A DNA stretch of 64,000 nucleotides from contig JAGGTH010000078.1 of NCBI GenBank assembly GCA_021163845.1, forward strand, positions 2,607-66,606, read 5' to 3'. Source of the stretch: Helicobacteraceae bacterium (lineage in GTDB: Bacteria; Campylobacterota; Campylobacteria; Campylobacterales; Sulfurimonadaceae). This document shows positions 19,275-29,457 of the stretch, piece by piece. The position numbers and the translations under genes were made by a program. The notes under the pieces were generated by a model. That model was not told the origin of the DNA and did not search any database. It worked only from the letters and a program-made list of their open reading frames with translations. Numbering within the stretch: the stretch's first letter is position 1; each line of letters begins with the position of its first letter.

Positions 19275-22200
19275 AAAAAATAGTTATCTTGTTACTCTGT
19301 ACACTCACACTTTTTGGTGCACAAAAAGGAGATCTCTCCTTGTATCTACTCAAAAGTGGGAAGCCACTGAGTCAACAAAGTGTTGAGATCTATGCACAAA
19401 GTGAACAAAAGAACACTCTTATACAAACGATTATAAGTGATGCAGATGGATTTGCACAAGCGAGCTTGCCTGAGGGCTCTTACCAACTCCAAGTTCTTGC
19501 AAAAGAGGGCAAGACACCTCTTGTTTTTGCAAGAAAGAATTTTTTGATAAAAGCGGGGAAAGAGTCGCAGATTATTTTAGCACTTGATAAAAGTAATGTG
19601 CTCTCTTTTGAAGACAGTGAAGCCCCTAAAGTTCAAGATGTAAATGCTTCGGATGTAGTGGGCGTAGAGAGTGGTTTTCTTACGCTTACTTTTAATTCTG
19701 CAGAAGATGGGAATCCTGTAAAAGGAGCGAGAGTCTTTGTCAAGGGTCAGGATATAGAGCTTGTAAGTGATGCGAAAGGACAAGTGAATATTAAAGCTCC
19801 TGCCAAAGAACAAACACTCTCTATCATTCATAGTGATTTTAGTGCACAAACATTACCGATAGTCTTTAGAGCGAATGAAACCCTCACAAAGACTATAAGC
19901 CTTACACCTGCTGCAATGGAACTCGAAGAGTTTGTCGTTCTTGCACCTAATGTACAAGGAAGTATCGCTTCTGTAATGGCCGAAGAAAAAGAATCCAATA
20001 CCATTGCAAATATTGTAGGAAGTGAGCAGATGAGCAAGCAAGGGGATTCAAGCGCAGCGAGTGCACTCAAACGTGTTACAGGAGTAACTCTCATTGGTGG
20101 TAAAGATATCTATGTACGTGGACTAGGGGATCGTTACTCAAATATAGAGATGAACTCTATGCCGCTTCCATCACCTCACCCTACCAAAAGAACTATTCCG
20201 CTTGATATTTTTCCTTCAGGTGCGATCAAATCGATGAAGATCCAAAAAAATGGTACGGCCGATATCCCTAGCAACTTTGGTGGTGGCTATGTTGATATTC
20301 GTACAAAAACAAGCAGTGATGATGATTATGTAAAAATTCGTCTTGAAGCAAAAGCAAATAGTAATACAGGCAAAGATAGCTATTCCTATCAAGGAAGTGG
20401 AAGCGATTCACTTGGATTTGATGATGGCTATCGCGATATTCCAAGCGATATTATCAACAACTCTAAGCTCACTTTAGGGCAACTCTATAACACTTTTAGC
20501 TCCGATGAAGCACAGCAATACACCCAAAGTATTGTCAATAGAAAATTAGATGTTACAAAAGAGGCACTTCCATTTGGTGGAAGTCTCACACTAGAGGGAG
20601 CATCTACTTTTGAGATGGATGATGAACATTCTCTCTCAGTTTTTGCAAACTACAAATATGCTCAAGATCATACCTATAGAAGTGAAGATTATAATCGTTA
20701 TGATTATAATAGATATACCTATTCTCTCAATCCAGATCCAACACAATATGGAACAACTGAGCTTACTACCTCTGAGTATTCCCACGCGGGACTTCTTAAC
20801 ATTGGCTATAGCTATAGTGATTCCTTTGAGCTTATCTACACAAAACTCTATACACATACGGCAGAAAAACTCACCCGTGTATCTGATGGGATAGCAGGAT
20901 CAAATGATAGTTCACTCAAACGATTTGATCTTAACTGGGAAGAGCGAACACTCGATGTTGACCAGCTTAATGCTGTACTCAACTACCCCCTTTTTGATAC
21001 GCAATCAGAGTTAAGCTTTGGTGCTGAAAATGCTCTTGCAACACTCAATCAACCAGGAAACTACAAATACGCTTTTAACAACAATATCAATGAGATTACA
21101 GGGGAGTCTTTAGGGGATCCTTATCTGGATAAAGGAGCGGCAAATATCTTCTCTAGCATCGATTCAAAAGATGAACTCAATGCTTTTTATCTTAAAAATA
21201 AATTCAACTTTGATCTTCTTGGTGAAGAGGAATTCTTTGATATAGGATATCTCACTTCAACAAAAGACAAAACATATCGCTACCACAAATATGAGATTAT
21301 TGACTACTTTTCACCTCGTCAAAGAACACAATATCTCACGGGAAGCATAGATGCGATCTATGACAAGTATGTGCGCCAAGATGATCCAGACTTTGAAGAT
21401 CCTTTTTATACGACAGTAAACTTCTTGCCAGAAGATTATTTTGATGCAACCGTAGATGACAGCTCACTCTATTTCAACACGCTTATAAAGCCTAGTGAAA
21501 CACTTGAATTTCTTCTTGGCGCAAGACAAGTTGATTATAAACAAACTGTATATCAATACACCAATGGCGGCAATAGAGACACTCCTATCTATAAGGAAGG
21601 GGAATCTCTTAGTATCAAAGATATTTATCCAAGTTTAGGACTCAAATATAAATATGATGACAACAACCATGTAGATCTCGCGTATTCTGAAACTTTTATC
21701 GTTCCCGATCTTAGAGAGTTTACCGACACGACATACTTTCATCCTTATGATGTTGCTGATGTTGTAGGAAACCCTGAACTTACTCATACTGACATTGTGA
21801 GTTATGACTTTAAATACAGTCATTACTTTTCTGATGTAGAAAGTATAAAAGTGGGGGTTTTTTACAAAGAACTAGATAATCCTATTGAAGACAATGTGTT
21901 GGGTTCTTCATCACTTCCTAGATACTCGTTTCACAATGCTGACTTTGCAGAACTTTACGGTTTTGAAGTTGATGGAAGAAAGAGCTTCGCATTTATCAGT
22001 GAAGATCTCGAAGATGTCTATGTGTATGGAAACTTTTCATATACAGATTCAAAAGTCACGCTCACACCTGAGCAAACTTTAGAATTTACTAGTAACCATA
22101 GACAGCTTCAGGGTCTTTCACAAGAGGTTATCAATCTTGCTCTTGCTTATGAACGTGATGATAGATCTGCAACTCTCTCACTCAATAAAATGGGTGAGCG

Positions 22201-22438
22201 TATTAGAAAGGTTGGACGGATCGAAGATGGTGGAGAAGTTATTCTCCCTGATGATATTGAGATACCACCTATGATCATCGATTTTGTTTGGATAGAAAAA
22301 TATGATAATGGGCTAAGCTTCAGGGTGAAACTCGGTAACCTTCTTGATGATACTACAACTTGGGAACAAGCAGGACTTATCACCAAAAAGTTCAAAACAG
22401 GCATAACATATAGTTTTGCTTTAACTTATAAATATTAA
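19271..22438 (+). CDS. TonB-dependent receptor with N-terminal beta-sandwich extensions
   Basis: Plug motifs ALKRVTGVT, YVRGLGDRYS, DIFP and FGGGYVDIRTK; GNPEL; barrel ending FALTYKY. Confidence 0.93.
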   Translation: MKKIVILLLCTLTLFGAQKGDLSLYLLKSGKPLSQQSVEIYAQSEQKNTLIQTIISDADGFAQASLPEGSYQLQVLAKEGKTPLVFARKNFLIKAGKESQIILALDKSNVLSFEDSEAPKVQDVNASDVVGVESGFLTLTFNSAEDGNPVKGARVFVKGQDIELVSDAKGQVNIKAPAKEQTLSIIHSDFSAQTLPIVFRANETLTKTISLTPAAMELEEFVVLAPNVQGSIASVMAEEKESNTIANIVGSEQMSKQGDSSAASALKRVTGVTLIGGKDIYVRGLGDRYSNIEMNSMPLPSPHPTKRTIPLDIFPSGAIKSMKIQKNGTADIPSNFGGGYVDIRTKTSSDDDYVKIRLEAKANSNTGKDSYSYQGSGSDSLGFDDGYRDIPSDIINNSKLTLGQLYNTFSSDEAQQYTQSIVNRKLDVTKEALPFGGSLTLEGASTFEMDDEHSLSVFANYKYAQDHTYRSEDYNRYDYNRYTYSLNPDPTQYGTTELTTSEYSHAGLLNIGYSYSDSFELIYTKLYTHTAEKLTRVSDGIAGSNDSSLKRFDLNWEERTLDVDQLNAVLNYPLFDTQSELSFGAENALATLNQPGNYKYAFNNNINEITGESLGDPYLDKGAANIFSSIDSKDELNAFYLKNKFNFDLLGEEEFFDIGYLTSTKDKTYRYHKYEIIDYFSPRQRTQYLTGSIDAIYDKYVRQDDPDFEDPFYTTVNFLPEDYFDATVDDSSLYFNTLIKPSETLEFLLGARQVDYKQTVYQYTNGGNRDTPIYKEGESLSIKDIYPSLGLKYKYDDNNHVDLAYSETFIVPDLREFTDTTYFHPYDVADVVGNPELTHTDIVSYDFKYSHYFSDVESIKVGVFYKELDNPIEDNVLGSSSLPRYSFHNADFAELYGFEVDGRKSFAFISEDLEDVYVYGNFSYTDSKVTLTPEQTLEFTSNHRQLQGLSQEVINLALAYERDDRSATLSLNKMGERIRKVGRIEDGGEVILPDDIEIPPMIIDFVWIEKYDNGLSFRVKLGNLLDDTTTWEQAGLITKKFKTGITYSFALTYKY

Positions 22439-22446
22439 AGAACATA

Positions 22447-22499
22447 GTTACAAGAGACGAACCTCTTGTAACCAAAGTGAAATACAAAAGATTTAAAAT
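22447..22499 (+). promoter_or_regulatory. Inverted repeat overlapping a Pho-box-like site, plus -10 element
   Basis: GTTACAAGAG/CTCTTGTAAC 10-bp inverted repeat; TGTAAC 22467 and TGAAAT 22478; 10 nt later TAAAAT (22494-22499). Confidence 0.6.
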
Positions 22500-22528
22500 C
22501 ATTGAATAAAAAAAAAGGTTTTGAGCAT

Positions 22529-23212
22529 ATGCACGAGCAAATAGTTATCGTAGATGATGATAATGATATTTTAGAACTTCTCGAATACAATCTCTCAAAT
22601 GCAGGTTACGAGGTAATGGGCTTTGTAGATACCAAACATGTACGCCGTGTGCTCAGTGAAGAGAAAGTTGATCTCATCATTATGGATCGTAACCTTCCTG
22701 ATATTGAGGGGAGTCTCTATATTGAGATGCTTAGAAGTAAAAATATCAATACGCCAGTGATCTTTCTCTCTGCAAAAAATTCACTTCAAGATGTTAAAGA
22801 GGGTTTCATACGTGGTGCAGATGACTATATTACAAAACCTTTTGATCTTGAAGAGCTTCTTTTACGCATAAAAGCTGTTCTCTCACGTTACAAGCAAGAT
22901 GAAGTAGACCAAAAAGGTCTTGTGCGCTATAGAGACCTTGAGCTCGATCTCAATAGAAACTATGTAAAGATCAATGGTGCAAACGAAATCGCTTTGACAA
23001 AGCTCGAGTCAAATCTTCTTCAAGTTATGATTCACAATAAAGGAAAAGTACTCGATAGAGACTTTTTGATAAAACAAATATGGAAAGATACTGATCATAT
23101 TAACCAAAAGACAGTGAATGTCGCTATGAAAAGACTCAAAGAAAAAATCGATCCCTCACGTCAAAAAGAGTATATAAAAACTATAAGAGGGGTGGGCTAC
23201 CTCATCCCCTAA
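22529..23212 (+). CDS. OmpR/PhoB-family response regulator (PhoB/PhosR-like), no adjacent kinase
   Basis: VDDD, IMDRNLP, LSAK, GADDYITKPF and winged helix ending KTIRGVGY. ATG 22529 lies downstream of the predicted -10. Confidence 0.9.
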   Translation: MHEQIVIVDDDNDILELLEYNLSNAGYEVMGFVDTKHVRRVLSEEKVDLIIMDRNLPDIEGSLYIEMLRSKNINTPVIFLSAKNSLQDVKEGFIRGADDYITKPFDLEELLLRIKAVLSRYKQDEVDQKGLVRYRDLELDLNRNYVKINGANEIALTKLESNLLQVMIHNKGKVLDRDFLIKQIWKDTDHINQKTVNVAMKRLKEKIDPSRQKEYIKTIRGVGYLIP

Positions 23213-23292
23213 ACACTCACGAACCTCGTGCAGACTAAAGCCTGTGTAACCAAAGAGATGCTATACTCATTTTATTTTTTAAGGCTCTTTGG

Positions 23293-23691
23293 ATGTATAG
23301 ACTTTTTCTCCTCATTTTACTTCAAACTCTGTTATTCCCCCTTTTTGCGCAGGATTTTTATTATAAACAAAACAAAAAAGTTCTACTCACACCCGTTCAA
23401 GATGTTACGATAGTACTACAACGCTCTTCTGGGATGCAAGGGCTCAAATACTACAAGACTCCAAGAGATGTGATCGTAGGTGTAAGCGATGAGATTCTTT
23501 TACATACACGAGAGATCGATGCAGTTGCGCAAGAGTATGGACTCACACTTATTCAAGAACTCTCTACAAACCTCTATCTCGTACGCTTTAGCGATCAAAA
23601 TAGGACGCTCCAACAAGCCAATAGGGTCCATGAGGACGCGCGTGTAAAATTTGCACATCCTAATTTTTACAAGCAGGTACAAAGACGATGA
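23293..23691 (+). CDS. Secreted small protein resembling a subtilase prodomain or external chaperone
   Basis: Signal peptide; C-terminus V.FAHPNF resembles the end of S8 prodomains; overlaps the start of the S8 gene. Confidence 0.55.
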   Translation: MYRLFLLILLQTLLFPLFAQDFYYKQNKKVLLTPVQDVTIVLQRSSGMQGLKYYKTPRDVIVGVSDEILLHTREIDAVAQEYGLTLIQELSTNLYLVRFSDQNRTLQQANRVHEDARVKFAHPNFYKQVQRR

Positions 23692-25073
23692 GAACCATTC
23701 TATATTCTTTAGTATTTTTTACTTTACTTCTAAGCGGATGTGGCGATTCTAATGATTCCTCCTCCACTACTATTGATAATGATCTTTCTTTTCCAGCTAC
23801 TTCAAATCCTCTCTATTCTCAGCAATGGGCTATCAACTACGATGAAGCATTTTATACACAAAATGCAATGGATCCAAACGCACATATCAATGCGCAAAAT
23901 ACTTTAGATATCTTTAGAGGGGTAGGGATTCGTGTTGCTATTATTGATGATGGTTTTGATACGACACATCCAGAGATCAAAGACAAGATCGTTGCTACAT
24001 ACAGTGTAGGACGTCTTAGTACTACTACAGATGTTTCCCACAGCACCTCTAGCGACTATCATGGTACTGCTGTAGCAGGGATTCTCGCTGCAAAAAGTAA
24101 TACCATTGGAATGACGGGGATAGCAAGTGAAGTGGAACTTATTCTTATCAAGATCCCTATGAATAACTATACTGATGCAATAGGTATCCGTGCTTTTGAT
24201 CTAGCAGCATCAAGTGGTGCTGCTATCATTAGCTGTAGCTGGGGTACAGGCGATGTCAGTGATGCAGTAAGGGCAAAAATAGTTGATGTAGCCACAAATG
24301 GACGTAACGGGAAGGGAATATCGGTAGTATTTGCAGCAGGAAATGATAATATACTCATGCAAAATGATGAATCAAGTATTAAGGAAGTAACTGCAGTTGG
24401 TGCGACAGACGGAAAAAATTTGCGTGCCTTTTACAGCAACTTTGGTCCCGAACTTGATATCATGGCACCAGGTGGCTATGAGCTTGGCATCGCAACAATT
24501 GATCCGCAAGGATCAGATGGTGCAAGCCCTGATGAATATAACCGTTTTGATCAAGTACATGAGGGGGAAGCAGAATATTTTACAGGTACATCTGCAGCTG
24601 CTCCAATTATAGCAGGTGCTCTGGCTTTAGCCCTTGAAAGGGATCCTACCCAAACACGCCAAGAGCTTTTTGAAAAACTCAAAACAGCGACAAGACAAAG
24701 TAGCCAAAATGTTCCTTATATCTATGATATGATTAATTCTTCCGCTCTGACACCAAGCATCAAGGGGAAGTTTGCTTCTTCTGGCTTTAGTGAGTTTCAT
24801 ATCTGGCTTACATCCCAAAGTACAGCTCAGAGCTTTGGACCCTATACGATCAACTCTTTGGGTGCAGATGAGTGGAGTGCAGAAGTCACGGACGCACTTC
24901 TAGAAGGTCACTACACTGTTGAAGTACGATCTCTCGACAACACTATGACTTTTGCCACTGACAGCGCTTTCACAATTGATACAACACAAAGCACTCAGAC
25001 AAATACAGAGTTACTTCGTAACGATTTTTATGGGTATGGGAAACTAGATCTTATGAAGTTGATCTACGAGTAA
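23688..25073 (+). CDS. S8 subtilase lipoprotein with Ig-like insert
   Basis: Lipobox LLSGC; triad motifs VAIIDDG, HGTAVAG and GTSAAAP; oxyanion AAGND; C-terminal YGYGKLD. Confidence 0.9.
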   Translation: MRTILYSLVFFTLLLSGCGDSNDSSSTTIDNDLSFPATSNPLYSQQWAINYDEAFYTQNAMDPNAHINAQNTLDIFRGVGIRVAIIDDGFDTTHPEIKDKIVATYSVGRLSTTTDVSHSTSSDYHGTAVAGILAAKSNTIGMTGIASEVELILIKIPMNNYTDAIGIRAFDLAASSGAAIISCSWGTGDVSDAVRAKIVDVATNGRNGKGISVVFAAGNDNILMQNDESSIKEVTAVGATDGKNLRAFYSNFGPELDIMAPGGYELGIATIDPQGSDGASPDEYNRFDQVHEGEAEYFTGTSAAAPIIAGALALALERDPTQTRQELFEKLKTATRQSSQNVPYIYDMINSSALTPSIKGKFASSGFSEFHIWLTSQSTAQSFGPYTINSLGADEWSAEVTDALLEGHYTVEVRSLDNTMTFATDSAFTIDTTQSTQTNTELLRNDFYGYGKLDLMKLIYE

Positions 25074-25085
25074 CTCGCTGAGAGT

Positions 25086-25610
25086 TTACTCTTCATTGAG
25101 CGGCACCACTTTATAAAGCAACGCATCCTCCTCTGCAAAATCAATATGTACAAGATATGACGAAGCAGCATTATTCCCCTCCCCACTTTGCGCATAAACA
25201 CGAAAACCCTTTACCTCGCCCAAGGACTCTCCAAAAAAATCACTATCACTCTCTAAAGGATAGTTCTCAAACGGACGTAAAGATTCTAAACGGTAAAGCT
25301 CTTTGTCTTTTTTGATATATGCCACATAGGGATGTATACGTCCGTAGAGGGAGTTATTTGTCTGCATGAAGACGACATCCTCATCTTTATTTTGATTGAG
25401 AATCTTGACAGAGTTGTAGTGCGCAAGGGTAAAATCTAGATACACCGTCTGCTTTTTTTTCAGATAGCTCCCAAGCTCTTGTGATTTTTCTGCAAAGAAA
25501 TTGTTGGTGACATGAAGTTGGGCATAACTTTTGTACAAGAACAAAACCATAATTGAGAAGATAACGATCGAGACCATCATCTCCATGAGAGTAAAAGCAT
25601 TGTGTTTCAT
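25086..25610 (-). CDS. T2SS minor pseudopilin, GspJ-like
   Basis: Prepilin motif AFTLMEMMV. Confidence 0.75.
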   Translation of the reverse strand: MKHNAFTLMEMMVSIVIFSIMVLFLYKSYAQLHVTNNFFAEKSQELGSYLKKKQTVYLDFTLAHYNSVKILNQNKDEDVVFMQTNNSLYGRIHPYVAYIKKDKELYRLESLRPFENYPLESDSDFFGESLGEVKGFRVYAQSGEGNNAASSYLVHIDFAEEDALLYKVVPLNEE

Positions 25611-26065
25611 GGAACGCGCAACCTCAAAATAGAGGCATTACTCTTTTGCTCAAAAAGAAGTGAGGTTTTGCCTATCTCAAAAACCATACTTGCTTGATTT
25701 TTCTCTTTTTGATCCTCTTGATACTCATCAGGAGCATCCTCTTTGACATCAAACTCACTCATATCTAGAGTATAGAGTTCATTGTAAGCTATTTTGAGCT
25801 TGATGGTTTTGAGCTTTTTTCGCAACGCATCTTCGAGATCATACCCCTCAAGCAAGCGATCCATATCAAGTGAATCACTCTCAAAACCATATTTTTTATT
25901 CGCTACCAAAAAACTAAGATAACCATTTGACTCCATCTCTTGGACACTCTTCGTATAGATAAAACTACTATTACCATTCATGGTGTAGAGCGCCATCACA
26001 ACAGTGGAGATGATCAAGACACTTATCATCACCTCTATGAGAGTAAAACCCTCTCTCTTAGCCAT
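25607..26065 (-). CDS. T2SS minor pseudopilin, GspI-like
   Basis: Prepilin motif GFTLIEVMI. Confidence 0.75.
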   Translation of the reverse strand: MAKREGFTLIEVMISVLIISTVVMALYTMNGNSSFIYTKSVQEMESNGYLSFLVANKKYGFESDSLDMDRLLEGYDLEDALRKKLKTIKLKIAYNELYTLDMSEFDVKEDAPDEYQEDQKEKNQASMVFEIGKTSLLFEQKSNASILRLRVP

Positions 26066-27581
26066 GACTTAGCCCGATACGAATCGCCTCATCCAAAGAG
26101 GTCTCTCCTTTGAGCAGATAATATTTAAGTTGTGTGGCGATTGTTTTGAGCCCTTCTTTTTCAAGGGCTTCTCTTATGCTATGCTCATCTGTTGTAGTTT
26201 TGAGCAGATTTTTAACACTATCGCTCATAACAAGAAGCTCTCCGATGGAGCGACGTCCTGCGTATCCACTGTAGCCACATTTTCTACACCCACAGGCTTT
26301 ATAGATCTTGGCATCAAGTGGGAGGTCATAATCTTTTGAAAACTCTTCAGCGAGAATATCTTCTTCTTTACACTCTTCACACAGCACACGCAAAAGCCTT
26401 TGTGCCAAAATACCTAAGAGTGAGGAGCTGATCAAAAAGGGTTCGATCCCCATATCTGCAAGGCGCGAGATGGTCGCCGCTGCTGAGTTGGTATGTAGCG
26501 TTGAAAACACCAAGTGTCCCGTGAGTGCTGCACGCACAGCGATATTTGCTGTCTCTTCATCACGGATCTCCCCGATCATAATAACATCTGGATCTTGACG
26601 CAAAATAGAGCGAAGTGCCGCGGCAAAGGTAAGCCCCACTTTTTCATTTACTTGGATCTGTGCGATCGAATCTGATTTGTACTCTACAGGGTCTTCAACG
26701 GTGATGAGATTTTTATCAGGGGATTCTACTTCACGCAAAAAAGAGTGAAGAGATGTGGTCTTTCCACTCCCTGTTGGTCCTGTAACCAAGATGATCCCAT
26801 GAGAAGCACGCAAGAGTTTACGAATATCACCGATCACATCTTCATTAAAGCCAAGCTCTGTGATCTGGGGGATCTGAGAGCTTTGCATCAAAAGCCTCAT
26901 AACCACACGCTCCCCATAGAATGTTGGCAAGATAGAGACCCTTACATCCAAGGTCTCTCCAGCTATTTTGATCTGCGTTCGTCCATCTTGTGGGATACGC
27001 TTTTCTGAGATATCAAGGTTTGAGATAACCTTGATACGACTCACGATAAGAGCGACCACTTTTTTATCAAGGTCTGCATTTTTAATGAGCATCCCATCGA
27101 TCCTAAAGCGAACTTCCCCTTTTTTCTCTTGTACCTCTATGTGAATATCTGATGCTTTTTTCTTGATCGCTTGATAAAAAAGAGCGTTGACGAACTTGAT
27201 AATAGGAGCTGATTCTTCACTTGTTAAGATATCGCTGCTTGTACGCAAAAAATCTGTGAGGGAGATATCCTCTTCATTTTGCTCTTGGTTCTCCTCTTGC
27301 ATACTCTCCATAGCTCTGTCTGTACGGAGCTCTAAAAAGCGGTTGTAGAGTCTCTCATAAGAGTCTTCATCAACAAGGCGCAAAGGGTAGCGCTCTGGAA
27401 GCTTGGTATAAAAGTTACTCGCTTCTATTAAGTAACGCTCACACGCAATCGCACTGATCTCTCCCTCTATGCGAGAAAAAAGCAGATAGTTCTTTGTTAA
27501 AAGATCACTTGCAAAACCCTCAAGCTCACAAACCTCTAACTCTAGATCATGAAGCGGTTCTAACTCTAGCATCTTACTCAC
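26058..27581 (-). CDS. gspE: T2SS ATPase
   Basis: ASDIH, RIPQDGR, TGPTGSGKTT, VEDPVE, LRQDPD, GEIRD, TLHTN and CxxC pairs. Confidence 0.95.
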   Translation of the reverse strand: MSKMLELEPLHDLELEVCELEGFASDLLTKNYLLFSRIEGEISAIACERYLIEASNFYTKLPERYPLRLVDEDSYERLYNRFLELRTDRAMESMQEENQEQNEEDISLTDFLRTSSDILTSEESAPIIKFVNALFYQAIKKKASDIHIEVQEKKGEVRFRIDGMLIKNADLDKKVVALIVSRIKVISNLDISEKRIPQDGRTQIKIAGETLDVRVSILPTFYGERVVMRLLMQSSQIPQITELGFNEDVIGDIRKLLRASHGIILVTGPTGSGKTTSLHSFLREVESPDKNLITVEDPVEYKSDSIAQIQVNEKVGLTFAAALRSILRQDPDVIMIGEIRDEETANIAVRAALTGHLVFSTLHTNSAAATISRLADMGIEPFLISSSLLGILAQRLLRVLCEECKEEDILAEEFSKDYDLPLDAKIYKACGCRKCGYSGYAGRRSIGELLVMSDSVKNLLKTTTDEHSIREALEKEGLKTIATQLKYYLLKGETSLDEAIRIGLSHG

Positions 27582-29457
27582 CCTCTAGCCGAATAATCTG
27601 TGTGCCCTTTGGGGTCTCTAGCTCCTCTGAAGCTTTTTTAAATTCACCTTTTTCAATCTCTTCAAAAATAATATCATTATATTTTTGTTGCAAATTTGCC
27701 AAAACTCCTAGCTCTCTTTGAAGCTCTGAGAGTTTTTCACTTTTATCTACGATATAAGGTGTCAAAATCACGACTAAATTACTCTCCTCTACCGAAGAAC
27801 TTCTTGAACTAAAGAGCCACTCCCCAAGCCAAGGAATATCACCAAGCAAAGGTACTTTAGAGATATTTTCAGACTGTGTATTTTTCACCAATCCACCAAT
27901 AATAATATTTTCACCATGTCCTAAAATTGCTTGTGTTTTCACCTCTTGCTTGGACGTGATCGGTTGTTGACCTGTTGAAGCATCTCCATAATCATCTACC
28001 CCTTCCATGATCGCTTCAACATTCAAGGTCACCTTATCTGTAGAAGAAACACGTGGTTTGATCTTTAAAGTAAGCCCCACATCCTCACGTTTATAACTAT
28101 TTGTCGTTCCTGGAACAGATGTCGCACTTGAAGTTACACTTCCAGTGGTGATAGAGATCGTTTGCCCCACATAGATAGAGGATTCTTGATTATTCACACA
28201 CAAGATAGAGGGATTTGAGACCAGCTGTGAAGCACCTTTCTTTTCTAAGAAGTCAAGTGCAGCACCGAGCGCAAAACCAGCTGTTATATCACTACTACTC
28301 CCTGTAATCTGCCCTGTTAGAGCACTTCCTACGATCCCTTGAACAGGTGCACCACCAAAATTCGTAGCTAAAGAGTAGAGCCCATCTGTTGTTAAAAATG
28401 CTCCGTCGAATCCATAACGAATTCCTATATTTTCTGCATCACTATTAAATATATTGACTATGCGCGCTTTGACGTACACCTGAAACTTCTCTTTATCAAG
28501 CTCATCAATAATAAGCTTGATCCCACTGATCACCGATGGGTCCCCTACTGCTATGACACCATTGATCTCTTCGCTTGCAGAGATATTTGGCTTGAGAGAA
28601 GGATCTGCAAAAGTTTGCTTGGAGATAATATCATTGAGACTTGCCACCACTGAGGCCACATCTGAATTTTTGAGTATAAAGATCTGCACTGCCTTGTTTG
28701 CGATCTCTATATCCATCTTCGTGATAAGCTCCTCTATCTTTTCAACATTTGCCTCTTTACCTACAAGAACCAAACTATTAGAGTTTTCATCAAGGACGAT
28801 CTTGACCATCTCACCATCTACTTTTTCGTTAAATAAAGATTTAGAGATATCATTCAAACGCGCTTGGAGTTTTTTGATCTCTGTATATTTGATAGGCACA
28901 AGCTTTACAATATTTTTGTATTTTGCATCGATTTGAACGATCACTTTTTTGATCGTTTCTATGTTCTTAGGATAATCTGTAATGAGGATCGCGTTCGTCT
29001 CTTTCATCGTCATCAACTTTGCAGCAGTTGAGAGTAAATAGCGAATCTTTGCCGCAACTATATCAACGTTTTCCCACTGTACATCGATCACTTGTGTCGT
29101 CATGAGTGCACCATTGACGCTTACCCCAGTTTTTTCCACCTTATAAGTACTTTTTGCCGCATCGTTGGAGCGTACCACTTCATACATCGAGCCATTTTCT
29201 ATAAGTGTAAACCCTTTGGACTCAAGGACTGAGATCAGTATATCCATAAGCTCTGTATCGTACACAGGAGCAGAACTCACCATATCGACACTTCCTGTTA
29301 TCTTGTGGGTAATAAGTATATTTTTGTTTGTGATCTTACTGACCAGACGAACAAACTCATCGATCTCTAGGTTTGAAAAGTTAATATTAACCTGCTCTTT
29401 TGCTCCTAGTGTTGCAACCAACACAAGTGCTACGAATATATGCTTAACGAACTTCAT
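27574..29457 (-). CDS. gspD: T2SS secretin
   Basis: N0-N3 domains; GLTLKIKPRV, IIGGL and KVPLLGDIPWLG secretin motifs. Confidence 0.93.
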   Translation of the reverse strand: MKFVKHIFVALVLVATLGAKEQVNINFSNLEIDEFVRLVSKITNKNILITHKITGSVDMVSSAPVYDTELMDILISVLESKGFTLIENGSMYEVVRSNDAAKSTYKVEKTGVSVNGALMTTQVIDVQWENVDIVAAKIRYLLSTAAKLMTMKETNAILITDYPKNIETIKKVIVQIDAKYKNIVKLVPIKYTEIKKLQARLNDISKSLFNEKVDGEMVKIVLDENSNSLVLVGKEANVEKIEELITKMDIEIANKAVQIFILKNSDVASVVASLNDIISKQTFADPSLKPNISASEEINGVIAVGDPSVISGIKLIIDELDKEKFQVYVKARIVNIFNSDAENIGIRYGFDGAFLTTDGLYSLATNFGGAPVQGIVGSALTGQITGSSSDITAGFALGAALDFLEKKGASQLVSNPSILCVNNQESSIYVGQTISITTGSVTSSATSVPGTTNSYKREDVGLTLKIKPRVSSTDKVTLNVEAIMEGVDDYGDASTGQQPITSKQEVKTQAILGHGENIIIGGLVKNTQSENISKVPLLGDIPWLGEWLFSSRSSSVEESNLVVILTPYIVDKSEKLSELQRELGVLANLQQKYNDIIFEEIEKGEFKKASEELETPKGTQIIRLEGE

